A DNA stretch of 64,000 nt from Piromyces finnis finn (lineage: Eukaryota > Fungi > Neocallimastigomycota). The DNA lies in NCBI GenBank assembly GCA_002104945.1, contig MCFH01000007.1, positions 62,001 through 126,000 of the forward strand. The letters run 5' to 3'. This document shows positions 1 to 13,328 of the stretch, piece after piece. Position numbers and translations under genes: made by a program. The notes beneath the pieces were generated by a model. That model worked only from the letters and a program-made list of their open reading frames with translations, did no database searches and was not told where the DNA came from. Position 1 is the stretch's first letter; every line of letters starts with the position of its first letter.

Positions 1-875
1 TCTGTTATTTTTGTTATTTGATCCAATGTGAAATATTTTTTACTAAATGGAGGTCTATCAATACTATGATCTAATATTAACTTTTGAAACAATGCATAGT
101 CTTCATCTAATTTCATATAGGGTGACGCTTTAACAATAATAAAAATTAATTTATGAAATATTAACATAACTTTATATTCTATATTTATACTTTTTTGATA
201 TATACAAATACAATTTTCATGGGTTTTTTTCATAATAGAAAAAAAGATTGATGTTTGAATCGGCTCTAAATGAATTTCTTTAGCAAACCTATTTGAAAAA
301 AAAGAAATAATAGAATTTTAGTTCCACACTATATATAATCATTTAGATAATAATAAACATAAATACAAAAGCATAGATTTTTTAAATTTTTATTTGGCTT
401 ACATTAGTATAAAATAATAAAAATCGTATAGTATTCTTTTTTTATTAGCACTATCATCTGATGGAAACCATGATTCAATAAGACTTATTTTGTATTATGT
501 GTAAAATATTTATAATTGTATTAGTATTAATACTTTTAATATCATACATTCTCAATGTTATGTGAATTAAAACTACCTTATTGCATTTTGTTGAATTACA
601 GTATCATAAAATTGATTAATTTGCTTTAATGATAAATCTTGCCTTTTTTATTTATATAGGAATAATAAATATTTATTATTCAATATGTAATGATTTATGC
701 ATTAGAGATAAACATAAATACTTTCTATATTATAAATTAAATATATGAAAAAATACCATTGCATTGAATAAGCCTATTTTATTCAAACAAATTAAAAAAT
801 AAAAAATATTTAATAAAAGGGAACAATATAAACTTTAAAAACATGCTTCATTCTTTTTTAATTTTAACATACCAT
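1..875 (-). CDS. CFAP119: CFAP119/CCDC189-like flagellar central-pair protein (C1a-32/CLAMP family), 3' end outside the window
   Basis: Not in the ORF track. Exons 875-873 (ATG only), 773-757, 642-577, 483-403, 288-206 and 127-1, all GT-AG and in frame: MAYSMQWQDLSLKQINQFYDTVIQQNAISLIESWFPSDDSANKKRILYDFYYFILMFAKEIHLEPIQTSIFFSIMKKTHENCISSPYMKLDEDYALFQKLILDHSIDRPPFSKKYFTLDQITKITE. Matches the recalled family motifs FAKE..F...QTS.F.SI.K.TH and HS..RPPFS...F. Confidence 0.75.
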
Positions 876-1165
876 TTTGAATATATATTATTTTTAAAAA
901 ATATATATTAAAAATGAAAAGTTTTTTTCTTCTCCTCTTTAAATTCTATCTTTTTTTTAAATTATAAAGTATTATAAATATCCTTATAAACAATTTTTTT
1001 GTGTTGTGAAAAATTTATTAATTAAAGTTTTAAAATTTTATGGATTAAATTATATATATTTTTAATTAATAAAAAAAAAAAAATCAAAAATGGAAATTTT
1101 GAAACTTTAATTTCAAAAAAAAAAAATTTGTTTTTTATTTTTTAATTGAATATAATTTATTTGTT

Positions 1166-1330
<165 letters not shown>

Positions 1331-1334
1331 TAAT

Positions 1335-2904
1335 TTAATCACTTTGTTTAATAAATTTATATAATGTTTCACCATCTTTATTTGTATTTTTTGATAATTT
1401 TTGATTTGTTACTAAATAATTAAGAGCCTTTTTTACCACCTTTTCAGGGGCATATTTAAATGCTGTTGTATTTGACAATAGTTTTAAAATATCTTGATAG
1501 GAAACACATTCATTTTTATTCTTAAGAATTCCAAATATTGCTTCTCCGAGATTATATTTATAATGAATTAATGCATAGGTATCGTGATAAGAATCTAGTT
1601 GAAATATGACTCCTTCTTTTACTAGTTGATAAAAAACTTTTTGGAACAATAATGATATTTGATTTTCAGACGCTGAATTATTTTCTTTCTTTTTATTTTT
1701 TTTATTGTTAAAAATATTTTAATATAATAATATTAATAAAAATGATTAATATTAATTGTAGATTTTAAAATCATTTTTATAAATTTGAATAATATTTTTA
1801 CTTCTTCCAATAATTCAATAGCTTTATTTCTTAATTCATTTTCTTTCATAATTTTTGAAAATTGGAATGAATAAAGTTTATTATCACTGAGATATTTCAT
1901 GACATTACATTTTAAAATGTTTTCGTCTTTGATTATTGAATTATTTCCTATTTTTTGTCTCTTGGAATTGTCCAATTTTTTGAAAATCTTATATAAATAT
2001 ATATAATTAATGTTTTATTCTTTCAACATAATAATTAATAGTTCGGTTCTGGACAATTATGTATCAAATATATATTAAAGATACCTCATTATAATTATAA
2101 AAAGATTTTTGTTTTGCATTTAATCGTTTATTACTATAAAATTCTTTTACGTCCTTTTTTGATTCTTCAGTAATATTATACTCTTTTTGATATTCTTTAC
2201 GTTGTTTTATTACTTCTAACCAGAAAAAAGCTTCCACATTGCGATCATATTCCTTTTCTTATTATTATTGTATTCAATTAAATGATAATATTAATGGAAA
2301 AATAAAAATAAAAGTAAATTTCAAATAATTATAGTAATCCAAAATGTTTATTATATTTACTTATACTGATAATGTTCAATTTCCTTTGTTTTTTAAAATC
2401 ATATATTTTTCCTTTTATACTAATTGTATCAAATAATTGAAATTGTGATTTATCAGATATTTCATTTTCATTCAAATCTTTTTTAAACATAATACATTCT
2501 ATTCTTTCAGAACCATCGTCAACTATATAATTTAAAATTATTGAAAATTTTCATATTAATACTTTTTATTATTTTTAATATAGAATTATTATTATTGTAG
2601 TTAATTAAACCTGTGTATGATATTATTTTAGAATTTATATCTTTTGCTGTAATAACACCTAATATTTTAACTTTTAGTACTGGATTATTATAGTAATTGT
2701 AATATTCTAGATTAATAATAGTTAATTAAAATAAATTCAATGTTAATGAATTTTGATAACTCTAATTATTAAAAAGATACCTGTAATACTGTTATATGAT
2801 TCCATTAAATAAATATCTTTTATGAACACACTTGGTGTTGCCCAAAATTTTGGATTTAATCCCCAGTATAAAATATTATTATTAGTATTTGGTTTTTCTG
2901 CCAT
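1335..2904 (-). CDS. STN1: CST-complex subunit Stn1 (OB-fold plus C-terminal winged-helix), multi-exon
   Basis: Spliced product MAEKPN...YWGLNPKFWATPSVFIKDI...NPVLKVKILGVITAKD...SYTVDDGSERIECIMF...IKGKIYDFKKQRKLNIISIKKEYDRNVEAFFW fits the Stn1/RPA2-type OB-fold. The early YWGL motif and the length favour Stn1. The last exon includes ORF 1335-1649. Confidence 0.7.
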
Positions 2905-3193
2905 TGAAATTTATGCATTATGAATAAAAAATTTTTCTTTGCTAAAATATCTAACAAAAAAAATTTAATATATATAGTAGTTTTTAATATATAAATGATA
3001 CTATAAAAAATTCTATCTTTATTTTTTAAAATCTATTTGAGGATACATTGTATACTATATTATATATACATTGTATACTATCTTTATAATAAATGACAAA
3101 ATAATAAATTATTTCTTATTTAAAGCCAATATATCAGCAAATAAAAAAAAAAAAAAAAAAAAAAAAAAAAGAAAAAAGAAATAAACATATATA
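2905..3193. promoter_or_regulatory. Compact bidirectional promoter region (STN1 / TPR-like gene) with a 16-bp direct repeat
   Basis: ATGs 289 bp apart, head-to-head. ATACATTGTATACTAT occurs at 3043-3058 and 3066-3081. Confidence 0.55.
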
Positions 3194-6100
3194 ATGGATT
3201 TTCTTGGTAGAAGATGTAGTAAATGTAATTTTTATAAATGTAATATCCACACTTTTTCGTTTAATGATTTCAATGAGCAAAATTTTAAATGTGTTTGTAC
3301 TTTAACAGATTTTATTTGGAGAAATAAAAATAAAAATGCCATTGAGCTTTTTATTGAATTATTATTATTATATATTAATGATAAAAAAGAAAACTATTAT
3401 AATATTAAACAGCTTATAGAAAAATTAATATACACAATATTTTCTGAAAAAGATAACTTATTAATACCTAGTAATGAAATCTCTTTAAATATAGATAGTA
3501 CTAAAGGAAATGATAAAGATATAATTAAAAGAAATAAAATAGGAAACAAGGAAGAGTTTATTAATGATAATTATCTTGCAATTAAAACAATTGAATCATG
3601 GCTTAATGAAAATTTAAATTCTATTTCTTTAGAATATTTAAATTTTATTTTAAATAAATTAAATTGGTATTTACAATGTTTTATATTTAATTTTAATGAA
3701 TTAGCATTAAAAGAATTAAGTGGTAGGTTTTTTAAGTACAATATTAATTTTATTATAATTTCTTTCCTAATAATTATAAACTTTAAATTTCAAAGAATTT
3801 AATCCATTATCATATGAAACTTTTAATATTAAATTGAATAATTTATACATAAAATATAAGGTAATTAATTTAATTGTATAAATATCCTAGTTTATAAATA
3901 TTAATTATATTTAATTTATTTATATAACAGAAGCAGGAAATTAAACCAAAGAAAATTTTGAATGAAATAGAAATTTGTTTAAATATTATTAAATGTAAAG
4001 TATATAAATATTATGTTTGCCTTATTATTATTATGACTTTATTATAATAAATTTAATAAAAATAGATATAATTATTCTTTATTTTATTTTATTTTTTTTA
4101 TAATATTAATAAAGTATATTTATAATTTTTATAATTTGATATTTAAAGTTTCAGAAGAAAATTATTCAAAAATAATTTTTGTATTAGGTGCCTTTTATAT
4201 GCATATTTTTTTCCAGTGTAATAGTTTATCAGCATCATCAGAAAAAATAATAAAAATCTTAAATTTTTTTGATTATTTTAGTGTAGATTATCTTAGAGAA
4301 TTAAAAATTTATAATCAAGAATGGATAAAAAAGAGGCTTAATACTCAAATCAAATTTCATAATTCTCATACTAATCCAAAAAAAAGAATAAAATATACAA
4401 ATGCATCTATTGATGATCGATTATTAAAGTTAGAGAATGTATTATATGAAGAAGGAATTAAAGGATTATTAAGTCTTTCTACTACAGAAAAACTAATATT
4501 ATTATATAATTATATTATTGGACCATATTTGAATAATAATCAAGATAAAATTTACAATTACTCAGTAGACAACTCACAACAAAATAAAGAATCAATTCAA
4601 TATATATTATTTTTGTATATTAAGATTTTATCTACTTTACTAAATGAAGAGGAGCAAAAACCAACATTAATGTTTATGCAAGAACTTTTAGAAAATATTT
4701 CGAATAATCCAATATTATTATCCAAAACTGGCATTGAAATTGGTGATTTGTTAGATAATAATATTCTAAAACATTCTAAACACTCTGAAGATTTAATATT
4801 TACAGATATATTATCTGATAAACATATATTAACTTCAAATTTAATAAAAAATAATCATTTTGAAATAATAGAAACCATAAAACTTTTCCCATATAAAAAT
4901 ATTATAATCATACCAATTCTTTCAAATTATTATAATATTTATATATTATTATTTAAGAAACATTTTAATATATCATTTAGTATTTTAGAAGTATTTGAAA
5001 GACAATTAATGAAATTAAAGAGATTTAATAATTTTTTTTTTGAAGGATGGTTATTACTATCTTTCGCGTACTACAAACTTTTTTCATATAAAAAATCGAA
5101 GAGAATTTTAAAGTATTGTCAAAGTATTTTGTATTTCCAAAAACAAAAAATTCTTGAGAATAATGATACCAATAATTATAAATTAAATTATTATGATACA
5201 ATAATCGTTATGCTTCAAGGATGTAGCTATTATAGTATAGTTAGTTTTACAACATAATAAAATAAAAAATATTTTTATTATTATATTAGATAAATAAGTA
5301 TTTTACTGATAATTTTTTTATTATATATATTTATATTATAGAAAAAATATGAAAAATCAATTATGAGATTCAAAGTATGTGTTGAATCAAATATATATTA
5401 TGAATATTCATTGTGGAATTTATATTTAATATATAAACAACAACAGAAAAAAGAAGAACAAATGGAAATATTGTTTATATTAATACAAGTAATGATACAT
5501 ATGAAAATATAAATATATATATATTGATATAAAACACTTTGTCACTAATGTATTAAATTATTTTAATATAGATTACATATCAAAGAGGGGAACTTGCACA
5601 AAATATACCAATGAATTTAATATTTTTAAGAATGTTTCAATTATTATATGAGAATCAGTCAGAAGAAGAAGTTCTTGATTTTATAAACAATATTTGTTTG
5701 AAAAAAGATATTTTATTAAACAATTCAAGTGGGAAAAATGATATATCAACTCTTTCTCTATTTAGAACAATTTTTCGATATTCTATTAACAAAAATAATA
5801 TCGAAAAAGCCATTGATATATTTACATTTATTAAAGATATAGAACCTTTTGATATTATTGGATCTATTTATTTTTCTGAATTATTAATTTCACAACAACA
5901 TGATACGAAACTTATCCTCAGAGGAATAAAAATCTTGAATCATATAAAAAATTATATTAATTTTGTTGAAATTGCAAGTAAAGAAGATAAATTATGCATT
6001 ATGGATATTAATGATTTTTCAGTAGCAAAAGATAGAAAAATATTTTCAAACGAGTTATTAATAAATATACTGAGTAATAACAATTATAAAAACCATAGTA

Positions 6101-6475
6101 TTAGTGATAATAGGAATAAAAATGAAAAAGATAAAAAAATCACTAACCCATATGAAAAATTCGATATTCTTATTGGGTTTGAACAGGATAATATCGAAAA
6201 ATATTTTGATACTATTTATCAATATATGAAAGCTAATAAATTGATATTTGAAGATTTTTGTTACAGTATTTCAAGTCAACATCATCTTTTGGTATGCCAT
6301 AAATATCTATATTACAAAAAATATAATAATTCATTTTTTTTTTATATTAACGAAAATATTTCTATATATATATATAGTCTATTGTAAATTGGCATTTATC
6401 ATATAGTTATTACTCATTAGGTTATGTTAATAAAGCTTATGATTTATCAAAAGAAGCATATATTTTAGATTCTGG

Positions 6476-6510
<35 letters not shown>

Positions 6511-6746
6511 TTCATTTAAATAATTTAATAATAATTAATAAATTATTGTATTTTATTAGAAAATTTGAAAATCGCTTATAATTATTGCATATTATCATTA
6601 AAAATTTTTGGTGTAAATACATATGAAAAAACAGCATATGAATGGAGGGATTGTCGAAATAACAATAAAAATATTATTTATTCTGAGGAAGAAGTAAAAT
6701 ACAAAAAGTTAGATCAATGGGTTGATGAAATTATTAAATACAATAA

Positions 6747-6753
<7 letters not shown>
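3194..6753 (+). CDS. Uncharacterised 968-aa alpha-helical/TPR-like protein
   Basis: Eight exons (3194-3722, 3796-3860, 3931-3994, 4149-5239, 5342-5488, 5572-6291, 6378-6474, 6560-6753) join in frame via GT-AG (2907 nt). TPR-like segments include GWLLLSFAYYKLFSYKKS, MLQGCSYYSIKKYEKSIMRFKVCV and WHLSYSYYSLGYVNKAYDLSKEAYILDSENLKIAYNY. Confidence 0.7.
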
Positions 6754-6782
<29 letters not shown>

Positions 6783-7151
6783 AAATATTATAATAAGAAT
6801 ATAAATATATATACTTTTATTTCCCTATATATAATAGGGATACTGTTGTTTAATATTTTTTTATTTTATGTAATATATTACTAATTTTTATTATATTTTT
6901 TTATATTATAAAGAAATTTTTATCGATAAATGATATTATTTATTATAGAATTAATTTTATTTATATTAATGTTTTATTATTTTATAAGAGATAAATTATT
7001 TTATTGAAATATAATGAAAATTTATACAATATTCAGATATTGTACTTTATTATATGATATATTTTAGTTATTTATTATTTTTATTAATTTACTTAATTAT
7101 ATTTATAATATTATTATAACTTAGTTTTTTATATTATTAACATCCTTAATG

Positions 7152-10100
7152 TTAGATACATTTTTTTCAAAAACAAAGTTGAAAATTTCTTCATACCATC
7201 CAACTGGAATACCAGTTATACCTTCCTTAATATAATCTGGGAACTTATTCCAGTCATTTTTATTATCTTCTGGGAACAATATATATTTAACACCAGATCT
7301 CTTAGCAGCGATTGTTTTTTCTAATTAATAAATTAAAGTTATTATTACTGTCCAATGATAATTATATTAAACAAAATCTATAGTTTAACGATTAATACCT
7401 CTTAATCCACCGATTTTTAAGATTTTACCAGTTAAGGTAATTTCACCCGTCATAGCAATATTATCTTTTACAGATTGATTCATAGCTAGTGATAATAAAG
7501 CAGTAGTGATGGTACAACCAGCTGATGGGCCTAATTTATTGAATTAATAATGATTACATTATACAAAACAATTTATTCTTCTATTTTTATATAAAACTAT
7601 GTAAAATTACTGTTAGTGAACTTACCATCTTTTGGAGTAGCACCTTCAGGAACGTGCATATGAATAGAGGCATATTGAAAGAAAGTATTGGATGGATCAC
7701 GCTTTAATAGGAATGATTTAGCAAAAGTGTATGCAATAATTGAACTTTCCTTCATAACACTTCCTAATTGACCAGTTTGATTGAATTGAGGTGTTGAGTA
7801 AATTTTTTTATTTTCAGAGTTATAATATGATAATGGCTTATCGAGTGTTGACTCAATGTATAAAGAAGAACCACCCATTGATGTCCACGCTAAACCCATA
7901 ACAACACCAGGTTGGGTTTTATCGTAAAGTCTTTCACTAGTGAAAATTGGTGGACCAACAAAGTTCTTTAAATTTTCAGCTGTAATATCTAAATTCATAT
8001 TTTTAGCCTCTTCAATTTCTTCTTTTGTGGTAGCAAGTTCTTCAGCCTTTACAAGTTTTAATGCTGCTTTACGATATATTTTATCAATAAGCTTTTTTAA
8101 TCCACGAACACCACTTTCACGGGCATATGAATGAATTAAGAGTTCAATAGCATCTTTATGTAATTTTACATTTTTCTTTTCTAAACCATTGATTGCTAAA
8201 GCTTGTGGCGATAAATATTGTAAACCAATATTTGTTTTTTCCTCAGCAACATATCCTGATAAACTGATGACTTCCATTCTATCTAATAATGGTCCTGGAA
8301 TAGTATCTAAAACATTTGCAGTACAAACAAATAAAACTCTTGATAGATCAACAGGAACATCCATATAATGATCAAGGAAAGCATTATTTTGTTCTGGATC
8401 CAAAAGTTCTAATAATGCAGAAGATAAATCACCATGTGTTCCTTTTCCTAACTTATCAATTTCATCAATTAAGATTAATGGATTTTCAGTTTGTACTTTC
8501 TTTAAAGCTTGAATAATTTTACCAGGCATAGCACCAACATAAGTTCTTCTATGACCCTTAATTTCAGCAACATCAGAAAGACCACCAACACTAAATCTAA
8601 AGAAATCCCTATTAAGTGCACGGGCAATAGATTTACCAACAGATGTTTTACCTACACCTGGTGGGCCAACTAAACAAATAATCTTTCCTTCTACAGAATT
8701 TTTTAATTTACCAACTGCAATAAATTCCAAAATTCTATCTTTTACTTCCTTTAAACCATAGTGATCTTCATTCAATACCATTTCAGCATGCTTTAAGTCA
8801 AAGTTTTCTTCACTTCGTTGACCCCATGGGATTTGAGTAATCCAGTCAAGATAATTATTTGTTACATTAAATTCAGGTGAAAGACTATCAATACTTTCTA
8901 ATTTATTTAATTCCTATTTTTTTTTTTTTAATATTTTTAGTTAGACATGTTGATTAATTAAAACCAAAATGAATTTTATATTATATTATATTATTTTTAT
9001 ATTAAAATTTATAATATACAAATTCTAATTATATAAGAATTGATTACTTACTTCATTAAACACTTTTTGAACTTCTTCTGGCATTTTTAATTTTGAAACT
9101 CTATTTTTAAATTTTTCTATTAATTTTTCTTTACCATCAGTATCAATACCTAGTTCTTTTTTAATACCTCTTAATTGTTCCATTAAGAAGTATTCTTGTT
9201 GCTTACGAGTAATCTTTTTATCAACCTCTTTTGAAATTTCTTGCTGAAGCTTTACATTAGCTAATTCCTTTTTAATAACAAGTAAAGCTTTTTGAAGTCT
9301 TTCTTCAATATCTAGACATTCTAAAACACTTTGTAATTCTGATGGTTCACCAGTTGACACTGCAGCGGCAAAGTCAGCTAATTGAGGTGCTTCTGCAAAG
9401 AATGTTCCACCATTTTGAATAGAAAATGAAATAATTTGTTCACGGAATAATTGGTTAATTTGTGAAATTTCTTTTAATACAGATAATAATTCTGCATTTA
9501 CTGCTTTGATTATTGAATCTTCTGGGTTGTATTTCTCATCTTCTAAGTTAACAACATCAACTACCGATACACCGAATTTTGCTATTGGGATATTAACTTC
9601 TTCGAATTTATCTAAATCTTTATATTATGAAAAATATTTAATATATATATTTTTATTTTAAATGCTAAATAACATTTGATAATAAAAAATATTAATTTTA
9701 TTTTTACATTCTTTTGGTAATTCAGTTTCTTTTTTTTCATCTTTATTTTTATTTTCACTTTCTTTATTAATTTCCTTATTTTGAGTTTCATTAGCATTGT
9801 CAGATTCCTCTTTTACTGGTGGAATTAAATTTTTAATTTTTATTCTTCTATGTGGGTAAAGTAATATAGTGAGTCCTTTGTTATCTGGTCCTGAATGATA
9901 AACATTTGAAATTTGTGCAAATACACCAACATCATATATTTGAGACATATCATTTACAACATCACCATCAAATGTTTCATCTTTAGTCATAAATACACTA
10001 ATAAATGGTTGCTTTCTAGCCATCAAATCGTTAATGGCGTTAATAGCCTTTGGGTCTTTCACAAACAAAGTCTTATAGAATCCTGGAAATAAAGGTCTTC

Positions 10101-10785
10101 TTGTTAATGGAAGTGCCATTACTTGAGGGTATTCTTTTGGAACTTCAATTTTTTCTTGTGGATTATTTGGTAGTTTTGGGTCTAAATCAAGTAATTGTGC
10201 AAGTCTTTTAACTTCGGAAACGAAACTTGTATCGTTAAATTCATTATTTTTTACCTCATTATCTTTATTATCATCCTTTTTAATTTCATTTTTTTCAGAT
10301 TTTTTTATATCATCATTTGATTTATCATTTTCTTTATTTAAATTATTACCATCTTTTTTATCTGCCTCTGAAATCAAAGTTGATTCACTATTTTCTATAT
10401 TTTCATCTTTTTCATTCTTATCATTTTCATCATCATTGTTATTGCTATTATTATTCTTTGTCGAATAATTGTTTAAGTGAAGTAAGTTGCTAATTGAGTT
10501 TGTAGAAGAAATGTAATTTGATAGTGCGAAATCATTTTTTAAATATAATTTTTGAGAAATCTGATTATTTGATACTTTTAAATTAAAAATATTATTTGTA
10601 TTAATGGAATTTCCGAGTAAAATACTTTTTGAAGAATATAATTTTTTGTTCTCTATTATTGATGTACTTTTATTTGAAATTATATTACAAATTTTAGAGG
10701 AAATGATTTTATTTCCTATTGAATTACTTTGATTTAAATTCGGTGTAACACATATTTTTGAATTATTTCTAAATAAAAAATCCAT
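7152..10785 (-). CDS. PIM1: Mitochondrial-type Lon protease (PIM1/LONP1)
   Basis: LON N-domain ([14 protein letters not shown]), Walker A GPPGVGKT, Walker B ILIDEIDK, catalytic Ser motif PKDGPSAG and Lys in [14 protein letters not shown]. Canonical introns; long N-terminal presequence-like region. Confidence 0.96.
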
Positions 10786-10813
10786 TTTTTTTTTTACTTT
10801 TGTAATAATAATG

Positions 10814-10846
<33 letters not shown>

Positions 10847-10954
10847 TTTGTAAGTTTAAAAATTAAAATATTAATGAATAAGGTGTAAATAATATATAAA
10901 TAATATATGTGATATGTGATATAATGAACAGTGAATAGTAAATAGTGTTAATTT

Positions 10955-10986
<32 letters not shown>

Positions 10987-11883
10987 TAAAGAATTATAAA
11001 ATAATAGTAATATGAATGGATAATTCACTTTTCCGAGAAATTATCAAAGATATAATTGAAAATAGAAATAATATTTAAGTTTTTGAGATGAAAATAATTT
11101 TAATAACATTATTACTTACATTTAAATCAATTATGTGAATTTTATATTGAAATACCTATATCAAGAATTAATAAATGAATAATTAATTTAGTTTTTTTTT
11201 TTTTTTTTTTTTTTTTTTTGAGTTTTAGTTTGATTTTCCTTTTGATTTTCCAATATTCTACTTTTACTTATTTAATTTTTTTTTGTTTGTTTATTTTATT
11301 TTTTATTTTGTTTTTATTTTGCTTTATTTATCTATTTATTTTTTTTTATTTTTTTATTTTTTTGTATTTTTTTTTTTTTCAATTTGTATTTTATCTTAAT
11401 CTCTTTTATTTGATAAAATTCAATTATAAAATTTACTTATTTTATTTTAATATTTTAATAGAATAAGCTCAAAGTAATTAATTATGAAAAAATGGAAACA
11501 ATTTTTAATGTATAAAGTTATTTTTATAATTTATTATATAATAAGATTATTTATTATATTATTAATTAATAATAATTGAAGAATATAATGAATAATTAAT
11601 TTAATATAAATTAGTAGTAAATTAATAGGTAAATAATTTAAAATATTCTTAATTTTTCTATCATTCATATCATTCATTATAAGTAATATTAATATTAATA
11701 TTTACATTATTATTATTTAAAAGAAGGAAATAGCATGAAATTAATATTCATGTTATTTAACATTCTAATAAGTTAAAGTTTATTGTAAATATAAATAAAA
11801 GAAAATAAATTAACTAGGGATTATAAATTCTATCTTTTGTATTTATATATAAAGAATATATCTTTAAATAAAAGTTTATTAGA

Positions 11884-13328
11884 ATGGGATTAAAGCACAG
11901 CAAAGATATTCCTGAAAATGAATTTGTTTTCGAGAATCCATTACTGGTATTAATTTATATTATTGAAATATTTATTAATTTAATTATTATTATATATATA
12001 ATTTAATAATCTAAATAAAAATCATTTTAATGTTTGTATAAAATTCTTATTTCAATAATTATATCTAATTGAACTTTTTAATACTCTAGACTACAACAAT
12101 TACATTTCAATTGCCACCTAAGGATGAAAATGGTGAATTACCAAAAAAATTAAGTGAAAAGGAAAGAAATAAACCTGAAAGTGTTACCACATTCCCCTCA
12201 CCTCTAAAAACAAAGAATTCAAAAGATGAGAATATATTTGAGAGTGAAACAACCAGTATGAATGATATAAATGAAAATTCAAAATCTCAATTTAATGAAG
12301 AAATTAACAATAACAATACTATTAACAATACTAAAAAAACAAACATTAATTTAAAAAAATCAAATGAAATAAAAGACAATAAATCAAAAATTTTAAATGA
12401 AATAAATGACAATAAATCAAAAAATACAAATAATTTAAATGAACCAAAAATTCAAAATGAAACAAATGACAATAAATCAAAAAATATAATGGAGGATCCA
12501 ATTATTAGTGAAGAAATTAAAGAAGAGATAAAAGAGGAAATTAAGGAAGAAATTAAAAATGAAATTAAAGAGGAATTAAAAAAAGAAGTAAAAGAAATAA
12601 AAGAAGTTGAAGAAATTAAAAAAGAAAAAAAAAAAATATTTAAAGAAGAACCACTTCCTACTGAGGATACATATAAGCCATTGAGCTTGGAAAAGGCAGA
12701 TATAATTCTCACACCAGAAAATCTTGAAGAAATTATTCAAGAACATATTAAAGAAGAAATGTATAGTATCCAAAATGAACAAAAAATTAAAAATTTCAAA
12801 AGAGATAAATTATTAGAGAGAACAATTAATACTATAAAATATGGAAATTCAAAGTAAGTTTTTTTTTTTTTAATTAATTAGTAGTGAATCTATATCATCG
12901 TATTATGTTTTAATTATCAATTTTTGATTTTATATAAAAGCTTTAACTATAAAGATATTAATGATAAATATCGTAAAAGTCAAAGAAAAGTTCTTGAATG
13001 TATGAGGTATTGATTGTTACATAAATGTTTTTAAATAAATATTAAGTTTTAAAAATTATTAAATATAATCATTATTTGTATATAATTATTTAAATTATTT
13101 AAGCAATAATGATTCTTGTACCTTAAGTGAAAGAGATATTGCATGTTATCAAGAATTTGAGGAATTTAAAAATAGTATTAGAATGTTATATAAGGTAATA
13201 TTTTTCATTATATTTATTACTCAAAAAAAAAAAAAAAAAAAAAAAAAGCTAATTTATAATTTATAATAAAAATTTCTATGTCAAAAAATTTTAATTTTAT
13301 TTTACATAAGAAATATTATAATGCTTAA
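11884..13328 (+). CDS. MIC19: MICOS subunit Mic19-like protein (333 aa) with an E/K/N-rich insertion
   Basis: Exons 11884-11946, 12090-12853, 12941-13006, 13104-13194 and 13311-13328 join in frame. N-terminus MGLKHSK (myristoylation-type). C-terminus KVLECMSNNDSCTLSERDIACYQEFEEFKNSIRMLYKKYYNA resembles the recalled yeast Mic19 end (ECLLAN...LNCYEEMEEFKKLV). Confidence 0.6.

Noticed and set aside
2000-2780. Two STN1 introns starting GTATCTTT as possible U12 GT-AG introns
   Set aside because: They lack the CC of GTATCCTT and a convincing CCTTAAC-type branch point. GTAT-- donors are common among ordinary introns here.
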